NCBI GenBank assembly: GCA_963768655.1
Contig: CAVYIM010000004.1
Location: 672,001-736,000, forward strand
Direction: 5' to 3'
DNA from: an uncultured Chloroflexia bacterium
Lineage (GTDB): Bacteria; Chloroflexota; Limnocylindria; Limnocylindrales; CSP1-4
Length of the DNA: 64,000 nucleotides
Shown piece by piece: positions 50,514-62,069 of this stretch. Below the pieces are notes generated by a model that saw only the letters and a list, made by a program, of their open reading frames with translations, was not told where the DNA came from and did not search any database. The position numbers and the translations under genes are program-made. Every line of letters begins with the position of its first letter. The first letter of the stretch is position 1.

Positions 50514-50525
50514 CCGGTTCCCGGA

Positions 50526-50771
50526 TCACGCTTCGCGGTAGCCGTCTCTACCAGCGTTTGCCCGGCCGTCCTCGAATCGGACCTCTATCTCGATCTGGCG
50601 CGGCCGCAGGATCTCGCACTCCATTCGAAGCGGGCAGGCCCCGACGAACCACACGCCGCCGCGGCGCGCGGGCCATCGCCAGCTCCCGAGATGCTCCACA
50701 GCCGCGCTCGTCCAGGCCGCCCGGCCGCGCCGGAATTCCCGCCCACGGCCGGTAGACTGAATCCATCGCAT
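50526..50771 (-). CDS. Small hypothetical protein
   Basis: Strong GGAGGAGG RBS before the ATG and a TAGCCT -10-like hexamer upstream. No recognisable domain. Confidence 0.4.
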   Translation of the reverse strand: MRWIQSTGRGREFRRGRAAWTSAAVEHLGSWRWPARRGGVWFVGACPLRMECEILRPRQIEIEVRFEDGRANAGRDGYREA

Positions 50772-50801
50772 CGAACCTCCTCCGACTCCAGGCTAAAGGA
50801 G

Positions 50802-50856
50802 GCCGATCGCCGGCCGCTTATCTGCCGATCGCCGGCCGCTTATCTACGGCTTATCT
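50802..50856. repeat. 22-bp tandem repeat with GCTTATCT at 11-bp-multiple spacing
   Basis: GCCGATCGCCGGCCGCTTATCT x2 (50802-50845) plus a third GCTTATCT at 50849-50856. Confidence 0.75.
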
Positions 50857-51100
50857 AAACCCCGGCCCACGAGCCTCGCCTGCTGGCGCGGGCGGATCGA
50901 AGGCCGGGCACGGGTGTCGCCCGGCGAGCCAGTGATCGCCCGATGCCGGACGCCCTACCCGAAAGCAGCCCGACGGGGGAGCCTGCGCGAAGCGCCGCCG
51001 GCTTCGGTACAATTCGGCCCGTTCCCAAAATCGTCGCAAGTCGAGACAGAAACCGAGACTGCGCTCTAGCGGCGCTCCCAGAGTGAGACGAGGAGAGACC

Positions 51101-52930
51101 GTGGCTACCACCGGCGCAAGAGTCGAAGGGCGACCGCAGAACCTGCCCGAGGATCATCCAGTCGTTCGCTGGGTGGGCGAGGTCGCGGCCCTGACGACGC
51201 CGGACGCCGTCCACTGGTGCGACGGCTCTGATTCGGAGAACGAACGCCTCTGCCGGGAGCTCGTCGAGGCCGGGACATTCATCCGGCTCAACGAGAAGCT
51301 CCGCCCCAACAGTTTCCTGGCCCGCTCCGATCCGTCCGACGTGGCGCGCGTCGAGGACAGGACGTTCATCTGCTCCGAAAAGGAAGAGGATGCCGGGCCC
51401 ACCAACAACTGGCGCGATCCCCGGGACATGCGGGCGACGCTGACGGGCCTGTTCAAGGGTTCGATGCGCGGCCGGACGATGTACGTGATTCCGTTCTCGA
51501 TGGGCCCGGTCGGCTCTCCGATCGGCCGGCTCGGCATCGAGATCACCGACTCCCCGTACGTGGTCGTGAACATGCGGATCATGACCCGTATGGGCACGGC
51601 GGCCCTGCATGAGATCGTGCGGACCGGCGATTTCGTGCCCGCCATCCACTCCGTCGGCAAGCCGCTCGCCCCCGGCGAGAAGGACGTTGCCTGGCCGTGC
51701 GACCCGGACACGAAGTACATCGTCCACTACCCCGAAACCCGCGAGATCTGGTCGTACGGCTCTGGCTACGGCGGCAATGCTCTGCTCGGCAAGAAGTGCC
51801 TTGCCCTGCGGATCGCCTCTGTCATCGCCCGCGACGAGGGCTGGCTGGCCGAGCACATGCTGATCATCAAAGTGACGGCTCCCGACGGCCGCGTAAAGCA
51901 CATGGCCGGCGCCTTTCCATCGGCCTGCGGCAAGACCAACCTGGCCATGCTCGAGCCGACGATCCCGGGCTGGAAGGTCGAGACGATCGGCGACGACATA
52001 TGCTGGATGAAGTTCGGCCCCGATGGGCACCTATACGCCATCAATCCCGAGGCCGGCTTCTTCGGTGTGGCGCCCGGGACCGGCATGGCGACGAATGCCA
52101 ACGCCATCCGCACCCTCTACGCCAACTGCATCTACACGAACTGCGCGCTGACGGACGACGGCGACGTGTGGTGGGAAGGCTTGACCCCGGAGCCGCCCGC
52201 CCACCTCATCGACTGGACCGGCCACGATTGGGCGCCAGGCTCCGACAAGCCGGCCGCTCACGCCAACGCGCGCTTCACAGCCCCCGCCGCCCAGGACCCG
52301 GCGATCGCGCCGAACTGGGAGGATCCGGCCGGCGTCCCGATCGACGCCATCATGTTCGGCGGCCGCCGCGCCTCCAGCGTCCCGCTCGTCCGCGAGGGGT
52401 TCGACTGGGAGCACGGCGTCTTCCTGGGATCGATCATGAGTTCGGAGATGACGGCCGCGGCCTTCGGAACCATCGGCAAGCTCCGCTTCGACCCGTTCGC
52501 CATGCTGCCGTTCTGCGGCTACAACATGGCGGACTACTGGGCCCACTGGCTCGAAATCGGTCGCAAGGCGGGCGCCCGGCTGCCGCGGATCTACCTGGTC
52601 AACTGGTTCCGCAAGAACGCCGAGGGCAAGTTCATGTGGCCCGGCTTCGGCGAGAACAGCCGCGTCATCGAGTGGATCTTCGGGCGCTGTTCGGGCGAGG
52701 ACGACGCCGTCGAGACGCCGATCGGACTGCTGCCCGCACCCGGCGCGCTCGACACTCGGGGCCTGAAGATCGCGCCAGCGGACCTCGAGGCGCTGCTCTC
52801 GGTCGACCCGGCGACGTGGATCCAGGAGGCCGCGGCGATCGAGGAGCACTACGCCAAGTTCGGCTCGAAGCTGCCGGCTGGGCTGGCGGCGCGGTTGGAG
52901 CAGATGAAGAAGGCCATCGCCGCCGCCTGA
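51101..52930 (+). CDS. pckG: Phosphoenolpyruvate carboxykinase (GTP)
   Basis: [70 protein letters not shown]. Confidence 0.97.
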   Translation: MATTGARVEGRPQNLPEDHPVVRWVGEVAALTTPDAVHWCDGSDSENERLCRELVEAGTFIRLNEKLRPNSFLARSDPSDVARVEDRTFICSEKEEDAGPTNNWRDPRDMRATLTGLFKGSMRGRTMYVIPFSMGPVGSPIGRLGIEITDSPYVVVNMRIMTRMGTAALHEIVRTGDFVPAIHSVGKPLAPGEKDVAWPCDPDTKYIVHYPETREIWSYGSGYGGNALLGKKCLALRIASVIARDEGWLAEHMLIIKVTAPDGRVKHMAGAFPSACGKTNLAMLEPTIPGWKVETIGDDICWMKFGPDGHLYAINPEAGFFGVAPGTGMATNANAIRTLYANCIYTNCALTDDGDVWWEGLTPEPPAHLIDWTGHDWAPGSDKPAAHANARFTAPAAQDPAIAPNWEDPAGVPIDAIMFGGRRASSVPLVREGFDWEHGVFLGSIMSSEMTAAAFGTIGKLRFDPFAMLPFCGYNMADYWAHWLEIGRKAGARLPRIYLVNWFRKNAEGKFMWPGFGENSRVIEWIFGRCSGEDDAVETPIGLLPAPGALDTRGLKIAPADLEALLSVDPATWIQEAAAIEEHYAKFGSKLPAGLAARLEQMKKAIAAA

Positions 52931-53028
52931 CGGCAGACTAACGCCGCTTCCCCGGGCCGCCGCGTCAGCGGTGGTCGCGCCGGCCGACGCGTCGTCTCGC
53001 GGGGTGTAGCGCCTACCGCATCAGGTAG

Positions 53029-54066
<1,038 letters not shown>

Positions 54067-54155
54067 CCGCGAGCGACCTTGGCTGCCTCCAGCCGGCGGC
54101 GGCGCCCGAACTGAGGCGGCGGCCGAATTCACCGGAGGCCGTCCGGCAGACACAA

Positions 54156-54190
54156 GGAAGCCCCGGCGGTCCCGTCCGGCCGGGGCTTCC
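54156..54190. terminator. GC-rich hairpin downstream of mdh
   Basis: GGAAGCCCCGGC...GCCGGGGCTTCC 12-bp perfect stem with no U-tract. A second stem lies at ~54210-54248. Confidence 0.5.
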
Positions 54191-54520
54191 TGGGCAGTAC
54201 GCAATTAGGGCGCCGGTTCCGGACCCCCCGGAACCCCGGAACCGGCGCGTTCGCCCGTCCGATCCCCCTCGGAACGGCTCGCGCCGCGCATCGGGCGATA
54301 CTCCCCCCGGATGCACATCGACGGTCCCGGGATCTGATCCTGAAGCCGACGACACGTATATCAAGCCATGGCGGGTCGTTGATGCGGAGCGGCTGGACGA
54401 CAGGCGCGGTGTCGGCTGGGCGACACAGGAGCCCGGTGCCGCGAGCTGTCGGTCGATGCTTCCCGAGGACGGGGGCTCGCCGCACAACCCGGAAATCCAG
54501 GGCCCGGTACACTGCGGGCC

Positions 54521-55519
54521 GTGTCGGATGTGATCCGCTTCCAATTCGATCCAACAATCGCCCCATTCGGTCTGACCGTCCGGGTGGAGACTCTGGCGCT
54601 CGCCGGCGTCGTCTTCATCGTCCTGGTCCTCGCGGCGCTGGGCGCCGGCCGGATGCGCTCCCGGTTCGAGGCCAACCCGGACGGCGTTCCCAGGGACGCG
54701 GCCCGCCTCCGCCGCGACGACCTGATTCTCATTGCCTTCGGAGTCGTGCCCGGCGCGGTGGTCGGGGGCCGGCTCGACTATGGGCTGATCCACTTCGACT
54801 ACTTCAGCCTCGACCCGGGCCGCCTCACCGACCCGGGGCAGGGCGGCCTGGCATTGTCGCTGGCGGTGGTTTTCGGCACCGTCACTGCGATTGCCGTGGC
54901 CCTCCTTCTGGGGGCGCCGATCAGTCGCTGGCTGCACGTGGCCAGTGGGCCCCTCCTCGTGGGGCTGGGTCTGGGCAAGCTGGCGATGATCCTTGGCGCG
55001 GATGGCCAGGGCCAGTTCTCGGACGCCTGGTGGGCGACCGCCTATCTGCGACCCGGGCCGTGGCAGAGCATCAGCGCGAGCAGCCCGGCGCTGCCGTCGC
55101 AGGCCGTCGAGGGCGGCCTCGTTCTGCTGGCCCTGTTGGCGATGCTGATTGTCCCGTTCGCGTTGAGGTTCCGTCTGCGGCGCTGGCACTTTGTCGTTCG
55201 GCCGGGCATGGCCCCGCGGCGCGCGTGGTGGATGCTGACCGGCTACCGCCGCTTCCTGACCGCGCTGTGCCTGTGGTCGGTGGCGCGATTCGCGGCCGCG
55301 TTCACATGGCGCGACGCCGAGGTCGCCGGTCCGTTCCGGGCGGAGCAGCTCGTCCTCATGTGCGTCTTCGGGTCCTGCGTGCTCGTCTTCCTCGCCGGCG
55401 GCCTGTGGGACTGGCGACGAGCGCGCTCCTCGAGGACGGCCGCCAGGCTGGCGGCGGCAGCGCAGGGCGGGGCTGATCTACCCCAGCCCAGGAGCATCGT
55501 GGAGGCGGCTCCGCGGTAG
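54521..55519 (+). CDS. Divergent Lgt-family membrane protein
   Basis: FDPTIAPFGLTVR, GAVVGGRLDY, GGLAL, PSQAVEG echo the Lgt topology, but the GRxGNFxN signature is replaced by GKLAMIL. Confidence 0.6.
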   Translation: MSDVIRFQFDPTIAPFGLTVRVETLALAGVVFIVLVLAALGAGRMRSRFEANPDGVPRDAARLRRDDLILIAFGVVPGAVVGGRLDYGLIHFDYFSLDPGRLTDPGQGGLALSLAVVFGTVTAIAVALLLGAPISRWLHVASGPLLVGLGLGKLAMILGADGQGQFSDAWWATAYLRPGPWQSISASSPALPSQAVEGGLVLLALLAMLIVPFALRFRLRRWHFVVRPGMAPRRAWWMLTGYRRFLTALCLWSVARFAAAFTWRDAEVAGPFRAEQLVLMCVFGSCVLVFLAGGLWDWRRARSSRTAARLAAAAQGGADLPQPRSIVEAAPR

Positions 55520-55596
55520 CTCGCTGGTTCCGTGGCCGGTCCGTTGTCGCTCCTGCCCGGTCTGGCGATACCGGAGTATCCTCGGACCATCGACCG

Positions 55597-56874
55597 ATGG
55601 AGACTCGGATGTCGCCGCCAACCCCCCGCCCGGAAAGGAACAGGACCCTGGCCTCCGGGCCGGGCGGCACGTCAAGTCGCGTGGGGCCGGGCGGCAAGGG
55701 GCCGGGTTCCGGCGGCGACGATCGGAGGCGGCAGGCCGCGCCTCAATCCCACGGTGCACATGCCAGCGCCGGCCGGCCCGCGACCAAGCGTCCCGAGTCG
55801 ACCAGGCCCGCGCCAGTCCTGGTGCGCCAGGTTCGGGGCGGCGTAGTCGAGAGCCGCCATCGAGGCTCGATCGTCCAGGTGGACGTCGACGGCACCGTCC
55901 AGCGAGCGCTTGGCGACCCGGACCTCCTAGTCAATCTGAGGTCGGCTGTGAAGCCGTTTGGCCTGGTCGCGCTCGTGGAGGCCCGCGGCATCGAGGCTTT
56001 CGACCTCTCGAGTGCCGAGCTGGCGATCATGGCCGGATCCCATTCGGGCGAGGATCTCCACGTCCGGACTCTGCAGGCAATCTTCCGACGATCGGGCATC
56101 TCGCAGCAGGCGCTCGGCTGCGGCTCGGTGGGGGCGCCGCTCGATGCCCTGACGGCGGCCCGCCTGGCGCGCGACGGTGAGAAGGCGGGCCAGATCCGGC
56201 ACATGTGCTCGGGCCAGCACACGTCGTTGTTGCTCCTGTGCAGGATCAACGATTGGCCCCTGGAGGAGTACTGGCGCCCCGACCATCCGGTTCAGCGCCT
56301 GTACTCGGCGACGATCGCGCGAGCCTTCAGCACCAGCTCGGCGCTGCTGGTGACCTCGACCGACGCCTGCGGCGTTCCCACGTATGCCTTCCCGCTGGCG
56401 GAGGTGGCGCGCGCGTTCGCCATGCTGGCGGATCCGAGCGGGGTCCGGCCGACCGATTCGCGCTTCAGCCTGGTCGAGCCCCTGACTCGCGTTCGCGACG
56501 CAATGCTCGCCAATCCCGAGATGGTGGCCGGCAGCCGCGACCGGCTCGACACTTCGGTCATGAAAGCCCTGCCGGCCCGGCTGGTCGCCAAGGGCGGCGC
56601 CGAGGGGTTGCGTGGCTTCGCCATCCTGCCCGAGGCCGGCAACGGCCGGCCGAGACCGTCGGGTGTGGCAATCAAGATCGAGGACGGCGGAGGGTTCGAC
56701 CGGGCCGCCGGCGCGGCTTCGGTGGAGACGCTCCGCCAGATCGGCGTTCTGGACTCCGCGGCCCTGCGCGCCCTCGCCCGCTACCATCGACCGCTGGCGC
56801 TCGATCCACGCGGCGAGCCGGTCGGGGAAGCGGTCGCGGAGTTCGAGCTGGCGCCCATGGGCGAGTTGCTGTAG
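55597..56874 (+). CDS. L-asparaginase II (Rhizobium AnsA-type) family protein
   Basis: VRGGVVESRHRG, RSAVKP, SHSGE, HMCSGQH, DACGVP, AKGGAEG, IKIEDG. Start uncertain because of a disordered N-terminus. Confidence 0.85.
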   Translation: METRMSPPTPRPERNRTLASGPGGTSSRVGPGGKGPGSGGDDRRRQAAPQSHGAHASAGRPATKRPESTRPAPVLVRQVRGGVVESRHRGSIVQVDVDGTVQRALGDPDLLVNLRSAVKPFGLVALVEARGIEAFDLSSAELAIMAGSHSGEDLHVRTLQAIFRRSGISQQALGCGSVGAPLDALTAARLARDGEKAGQIRHMCSGQHTSLLLLCRINDWPLEEYWRPDHPVQRLYSATIARAFSTSSALLVTSTDACGVPTYAFPLAEVARAFAMLADPSGVRPTDSRFSLVEPLTRVRDAMLANPEMVAGSRDRLDTSVMKALPARLVAKGGAEGLRGFAILPEAGNGRPRPSGVAIKIEDGGGFDRAAGAASVETLRQIGVLDSAALRALARYHRPLALDPRGEPVGEAVAEFELAPMGELL

Positions 56875-56941
56875 ACGCAAGCTCGGCCGCCAGGCGGCGC
56901 TGGCGCCCTGAGTCCCGGCGCCGCTCCCGTACACTAGTGGT

Positions 56942-58451
56942 ATGGCAGAGGTCCGCGTTCGCATCGCGCCCAGCCCCACGGGGCCGCTGCACCTTGGGAC
57001 CGCCCGGACGGCACTCTTCAACTACCTGTTCGCGCGCCATCTCGGCGGAACGTTCATCTTCCGCCTGGAGGACACGGATCAGGCCCGCTCGACGGAGGCC
57101 TACGAGCTCGACATCCTGGAGGGCCTCCACTGGCTGGGGATTCGATGGGACGAGGGGCCGGGCATCGGTGACGAGCCGGAGCGCGGCTCGTACGGCCCGT
57201 ATCGCCAGATGCAGCGCCTGGAGCGCTACACGGAAGCCGCCACGCGGTTGCTGGCCGAGGACAAGGCCTACTACTGCTACTGCACCCCGGACGAGCTCGA
57301 CGCCGAGCGCAAGCTCCAGGAGGCCGCCCGTGAGACGCTGCGGTACAGCGGGCGCTGCGCCCAGCTGACTCAGGCGGAGCGGGCCGCCTTCGAGGTCGAG
57401 GGGCGCTCGCCGGTCGTGCGCTTCCGCATCCCGCCCAACCGGACGATAGCCTTCGACGACATCGTGCGCGGGCACGTGGAGATAGACACGAACGCCCTGG
57501 GCGGTGACCTGGTGATCGTGCGCTCCGATGGCAGCCCGCTCTACCACTTCACTGTGGCGGTGGACGACGCGGCGATGGCGATCAGCCACGTCATCCGCGG
57601 CGAGGACCACCTCTCGAACACGCCCAAGCACATCCTGCTCTTCGAGGCGATGGGCGCGGTCGTGCCCCAGTTTGCCCACCTGCCGCTCATCCTCAACCCC
57701 GACCGAACCAAGATGAGCAAACGCAAGAGCCAGACGGCCGTGGCGGACTATCGGGCCCAGGGGTTCATCCCGGAGGCCTTCGTCAACTACCTGGCGCTCC
57801 TGGGCTGGTCGACCGGCACCGAGGAGGAGGTCCTCTCGCTGGCCGAGCTGGTCGAGCGATTCGAGCTTTCGGCCGTCAACAGGGCCGCTGCCGTCTTCGA
57901 CCGCGAACCGGCTCGAATGGCTGAACGGCCAGTGGATCCGGCGGCTCTCGGCGGAGGATCTGATCGATCGGCTGCGGCCGTTCATGGAGGCCGAACTGGC
58001 GGCCGGCCGCATCGACTGGCTGCCGTCGGACGAGGAGATGAGGGCCTTGCTGCCGGTCCTGCAAGAGCGCCTGCCGACGCTTTCCGCCGTCGGTGACATC
58101 GTCGGCTTCCTGTTCGTCAAGAACCTGGAACCGGACCCGGCGCTGATCGTTCCGAAGCGCTGGGACGCGGCGACGACCGCGGCCGCCCTCGCGGCGGCTA
58201 GCCAGACGATCGCCGACGTCGGCCAGGTCAGCTGGGAGGCCGACGAGATCGAGCCGCCACTGCGACGCCTCGTGGAGGAGCGCGGCTGGAAGGCCGGTGA
58301 CCTGTTCATGTCGATTCGGGTCGCGATCACCGGCCGAACTGCTACGCCGCCGCTCTTCGATACCATGGTGGCGCTCGGCTACGAGCGGACCCTTACCCGG
58401 CTGGACCGGGCGATCGAGCGGCTCGTGGCTCAGGCGGCCCCGACGCCTTAG
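56942..58451 (+). CDS. gltX: Glutamate--tRNA ligase, with apparent +1 frameshift at ~57908
   Basis: APSPTGPLHLG (HIGH) and KMSKR. Removing one C at 57908 restores FDRERLEWLNGQWIR and joins the anticodon domain (IRVAITGRTATPPLF). Confidence 0.93.
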
Positions 58452-58470
58452 GGACGTCACAGGAGAGAAG

Positions 58471-59169
58471 ATGGCGCGCACCATCCTGGTCGTCGATGAC
58501 GAGAAGACCCTGCGCGAGACGCTGGCCGAGAGTCTCGAGACGGAAGGCTTCGCCGTCGTTCAGGCGGCCGACGGCCGGGAGGCCGTCGAGGCGTTCCGGC
58601 GCCACCGCCCGGACCTGATCCTGCTCGACCTCATGCTGCCCGAGCTGAGCGGCACCGAGGTGTGCAGGATCATCCGGGCCGAATCGGGCGTGCCGATCCT
58701 GATGCTGACGGCCAAGAGCGCCGAGGTGGACAAGGTCGTCGGGCTGGAGCTGGGGGCGGACGACTACGTCACCAAGCCCTTCAGCTTCCGCGAGCTGCTG
58801 GCTCGCATTCGCGCCTTGCTGCGCCGGTCGGAGACGCAGGCGCAGGCACCCGAGTCGGAGACGATCGAGCTGGGAGCCGTCCGCGTCGACCTCGCGGGGC
58901 GGCGGCTGCTTCGAGGAAGTGAGGTCCTCCCGGTCAAGCCCAAGGCCTTCGAGCTGCTGCTCTTCCTCGTTCACAATGCCGGCCACGTCTTCACCCGCGA
59001 CCAGCTGCTGGAGCGGGTCTGGGGCTACGACTACGCCGGCGAGACGCGCACGGTGGACGTCCACGTCCACTGGCTGCGGGCCCAGATCGAGGCCGACCCG
59101 GCCAACCCGATCTACCTCGAGACCGTGCGCGGCGTGGGCTACGTGCTGAGGCGGCCGGAGGCCGGCTGA
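58471..59169 (+). CDS. OmpR/PhoB family response regulator (PhoP/RegX3-like), no cognate kinase adjacent
   Basis: LDLMLPELSG, GLELGADDYVTKPF, VWGYDYAGETRTVDVHV, ETVRGVGY. Confidence 0.93.
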   Translation: MARTILVVDDEKTLRETLAESLETEGFAVVQAADGREAVEAFRRHRPDLILLDLMLPELSGTEVCRIIRAESGVPILMLTAKSAEVDKVVGLELGADDYVTKPFSFRELLARIRALLRRSETQAQAPESETIELGAVRVDLAGRRLLRGSEVLPVKPKAFELLLFLVHNAGHVFTRDQLLERVWGYDYAGETRTVDVHVHWLRAQIEADPANPIYLETVRGVGYVLRRPEAG

Positions 59170-59180
59170 AGCGGAGAGGG

Positions 59181-59239
59181 TGCCCGCGCCCCGGCCGCGG
59201 GCCGGGCGGCCGCGGCGCCGGGCGGTCGGGGCGCGGGTA
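59181..59239. terminator. GC-rich hairpin between the convergent regulator and pit
   Basis: CCCGCGCCCCGGCCGC pairs with GCGGTCGGGGCGCGGG. Confidence 0.4.
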
Positions 59240-59264
59240 GTTCGTCGCCGGCTGCCGCGGCGCG

Positions 59265-60398
59265 CTACACGCCGAACAGGTGGAGGATCGCGGCGATCGG
59301 GCCAGACAGGACCTGCAGCACGAAGAACGCGCCCGCTGCGATGAGGGCGGCGCAAGGAATCGTCAGGATCCAGGCCGTGACGATGCTTCGCGCCACTCCC
59401 CAGTGAACCGCGTTGGGCCGGTCGCTCGAGCCGACGCCCATGATCGCCGTCGAGATGACGTGTGTGGTCGAGACGGGCATTCCAAAGTGGCCCGCGCCGA
59501 GGATGATCGTGGCCGCCGTCGTCTCCGCGGCGAAGCCATGTACCGGATCCAGCCTCACGACCTTCTGACCCATCGTCTTCATGATCCGCCAGCCGCCGGC
59601 GGCTGTGCCAAAAGACATGGCCGTGGCTGCCATCAGGATCACCCAAACGGGCACCGTCTTGTCGTGAATGGCGCCAGCGCTGTAGAGGGCCAGCGTCAGG
59701 ATTCCCATGGTCTTTTGGGCGTCGTTGGAGCCGTGGCTCAGGGCCATGTAGGTCGCGGACAGGATCTGGATGCGGCGGAAGCGATCGCTGATTCGGCGAG
59801 GGCTGACCCCCTGGGGTTCGGTCGGGTCGGGCTGTCCGGGTGTGCCACCGGCGCGGCGACGGTGGAAGTAGAGCCTGATGTGGTTCGGCCCGGCGCGGAC
59901 GATCCAGTTCAGCAGCAGAACCATGAAGCCGAACCCGATGATCAGGCCAAGGATCGGCGAGGTGACCAGCGGAAACAGCACCTTGCCGGCGAAGCTGCCC
60001 CACTGCACTGCGTTCGGGCCTGCGGAGGCCCAGGCGGCGCCGATCAAGCCGCCGACCAGAGCATGGCTGCTGGAGCTGGGGATGGCCAGAGCCCACGTGA
60101 TCAGGTTCCACACGATCGCTCCGAGCAACGCCGCGGCCAGGACTTCGGCGCCGTTGCCCAGGACCATGTTGTCCTGGACGATCCCGCTGCCGATCGTTGT
60201 CGCCACCGCGGTGCCGAACACCAGGGCGCCGACGAAGTTAGCCGAGGCGGACAAGAAGATCGCGTACTCGGGCTTGAGGGCCCGCGTCGCCACCGAAGTC
60301 GCGATCGCGTTGGCGGTGTCGTGGAAGCCGTTGATGTAGTCGAACGAGACGCCCAGCGCGAAAATCGCGATCAACCCAAGGATCTGACTCTCGGTCAA
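59265..60398 (-). CDS. pit: Inorganic phosphate transporter (PiT family)
   Basis: NGFHDTANAIAT, PSSSSHAL, HGSNDAQK, PVSTTH. Confidence 0.95.
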   Translation of the reverse strand: MTESQILGLIAIFALGVSFDYINGFHDTANAIATSVATRALKPEYAIFLSASANFVGALVFGTAVATTIGSGIVQDNMVLGNGAEVLAAALLGAIVWNLITWALAIPSSSSHALVGGLIGAAWASAGPNAVQWGSFAGKVLFPLVTSPILGLIIGFGFMVLLLNWIVRAGPNHIRLYFHRRRAGGTPGQPDPTEPQGVSPRRISDRFRRIQILSATYMALSHGSNDAQKTMGILTLALYSAGAIHDKTVPVWVILMAATAMSFGTAAGGWRIMKTMGQKVVRLDPVHGFAAETTAATIILGAGHFGMPVSTTHVISTAIMGVGSSDRPNAVHWGVARSIVTAWILTIPCAALIAAGAFFVLQVLSGPIAAILHLFGV

Positions 60399-60609
60399 AC
60401 CTGCTCGCTCTCACGGTGACAACGCGACCGCGACGGGGGTCGCGCAATCGAAGAGGCTATCAGGTCGAGAGCGCCCCTGCTCCGCCTCTCCCGCCACTTG
60501 CCTCGGACGCGAGTCCCGCGGTTCTCACAGCGCGGCTGTCCGCGACGGCGACCGAAGGGGAGTGCGGTCGGGACCCGGCGGACCTCAGCCGACTGCCCAT
60601 GCCGCAGAC

Positions 60610-60642
60610 GTTGACCGCCTGTTAACACCGGCCTAACGAGGG
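60610..60642 (+). promoter_or_regulatory. PHO-box-like 11-bp direct repeats
   Basis: GTTGACCGCCT GTTAACACCGG CCTAACGAGGG, between divergent pit and the ABC operon. Confidence 0.55.
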
Positions 60643-60767
60643 GCAGAGAGTCTATCGCTGGTTGGCTGCCGTCCCACGGTCCACCACCGCCCCAGGGCTT
60701 GTCAGCGAGCGTGGCCGCCGGAAGACGATCCGGTGCGTCCGCTCGAAGGAATTGAAGGAGGATACCC

Positions 60768-62042
60768 GTGGCGTACGATCCACTGCTCGAACGCATCGAC
60801 CACCTCAGCGGCGCGTTCAACGCCGGTCAGATCGACCGCCGGCAGTTCCTGAAGGGGCTTGTTGGCCTGGGGCTTAGCCTGTCGGCCATCAGCGTGGTCA
60901 TAGCCGCCTGCAGCAGCGCGGCCACTCCGTCGCCGGCCACGTCCGTCCCCGCCACTACCGTTCCTGCCACTCCCGTCCCGGCAACCGCTGCGGCCACCGC
61001 ATCCCTGGCGGCGATGTCGCCGACGGCGATGGCGACGGCCGACCTGACGGCCCTCATCGCGGCCGCCAAAGGTGAAGGCAGCATCTACCAGACCGGCATT
61101 CCGCCAGAGTGGGTCAACTATCAGGCGATCTTCAACCTCTGGCAGCAGGACTACGGGATCCCGATCAACGGCACGTCCACTGAAGGCGAATACAGCTCGG
61201 GCCAGGAGCTCGACTCGATCAAGAACACCGGCAAGCCGGACGTCGGCGACGTCGGAATCGCCTTCGCCGTGCAGGCCAAGACGCAGGGCCTGTCGGCCCC
61301 CTACAAGAACTCCTTCTGGGCGGACATCCCCGACACCGCCAAGGACGCCGACGGCTACTGGTGCTGCAACTACTGGGGCGCCCAGGCCTTCGCCGTCAAC
61401 ACGGACGCGGTCACGATCCCGATCAAGGACTGGAACGACCTTCTCGATCCGTCGCTGAAGAACGCGGTCGGAATCGACGGCGACCCCACCAAGGCGAACG
61501 ACGCTTTCTTCGCCGTGTGGTCGGCGGCCATCGCCAACGGTGGCGGAGTCGACAACATCCAACCCGGCATCGACTTCTTCAACAAGCTGCAGCAGTCGGG
61601 CAACCTGACCGCCGCCCGGGCGAGCGACGCCAACATCCTCAGCGGCGAAGTGAAGGTCGCCATCAAGTGGGACTACCTTGGCCTGGCCGTTCGCGACAAG
61701 GCTGCCGGTGCCCCGAACATAACCGTGACGATCCCCTCGAGCGGATCGCTTGCCAGCCCCTATGCGGACATCATCGCCGCGAAGGCGCCCCATCCGAATG
61801 CGGCCAAGCTCTGGCAGGAGCTCGTCTACAGCGACGCCGCGCAGCTCCTCTTCCTCGCCGGCTACGCGCATCCCATTCGATACGACGTCCTGAACACGGC
61901 CGGAAAGATCCCGGCTGACCTGGCGGCCAAGCTCCCGTCCGCCGACCTCTACAAGAAGGTCACGCTCGTGACCGACATCGACAAGATCACGGCCGCCCAG
62001 ACCGCCCTCGGGACCGGCTGGACGATCGTCATCAACCAGTAG
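60768..62042 (+). CDS. ABC transporter substrate-binding lipoprotein (AfuA/PotD/PhnS-like), Tat-type signal
   Basis: DRRQFLKG twin-arginine motif, IAAC lipobox, DWNDLLDP, APHPNAAKLW, GAAGGAGG RBS. Confidence 0.88.
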   Translation: MAYDPLLERIDHLSGAFNAGQIDRRQFLKGLVGLGLSLSAISVVIAACSSAATPSPATSVPATTVPATPVPATAAATASLAAMSPTAMATADLTALIAAAKGEGSIYQTGIPPEWVNYQAIFNLWQQDYGIPINGTSTEGEYSSGQELDSIKNTGKPDVGDVGIAFAVQAKTQGLSAPYKNSFWADIPDTAKDADGYWCCNYWGAQAFAVNTDAVTIPIKDWNDLLDPSLKNAVGIDGDPTKANDAFFAVWSAAIANGGGVDNIQPGIDFFNKLQQSGNLTAARASDANILSGEVKVAIKWDYLGLAVRDKAAGAPNITVTIPSSGSLASPYADIIAAKAPHPNAAKLWQELVYSDAAQLLFLAGYAHPIRYDVLNTAGKIPADLAAKLPSADLYKKVTLVTDIDKITAAQTALGTGWTIVINQ

Positions 62043-62069
62043 CGACCGAACCAGTCTCGGAGCACCGGC

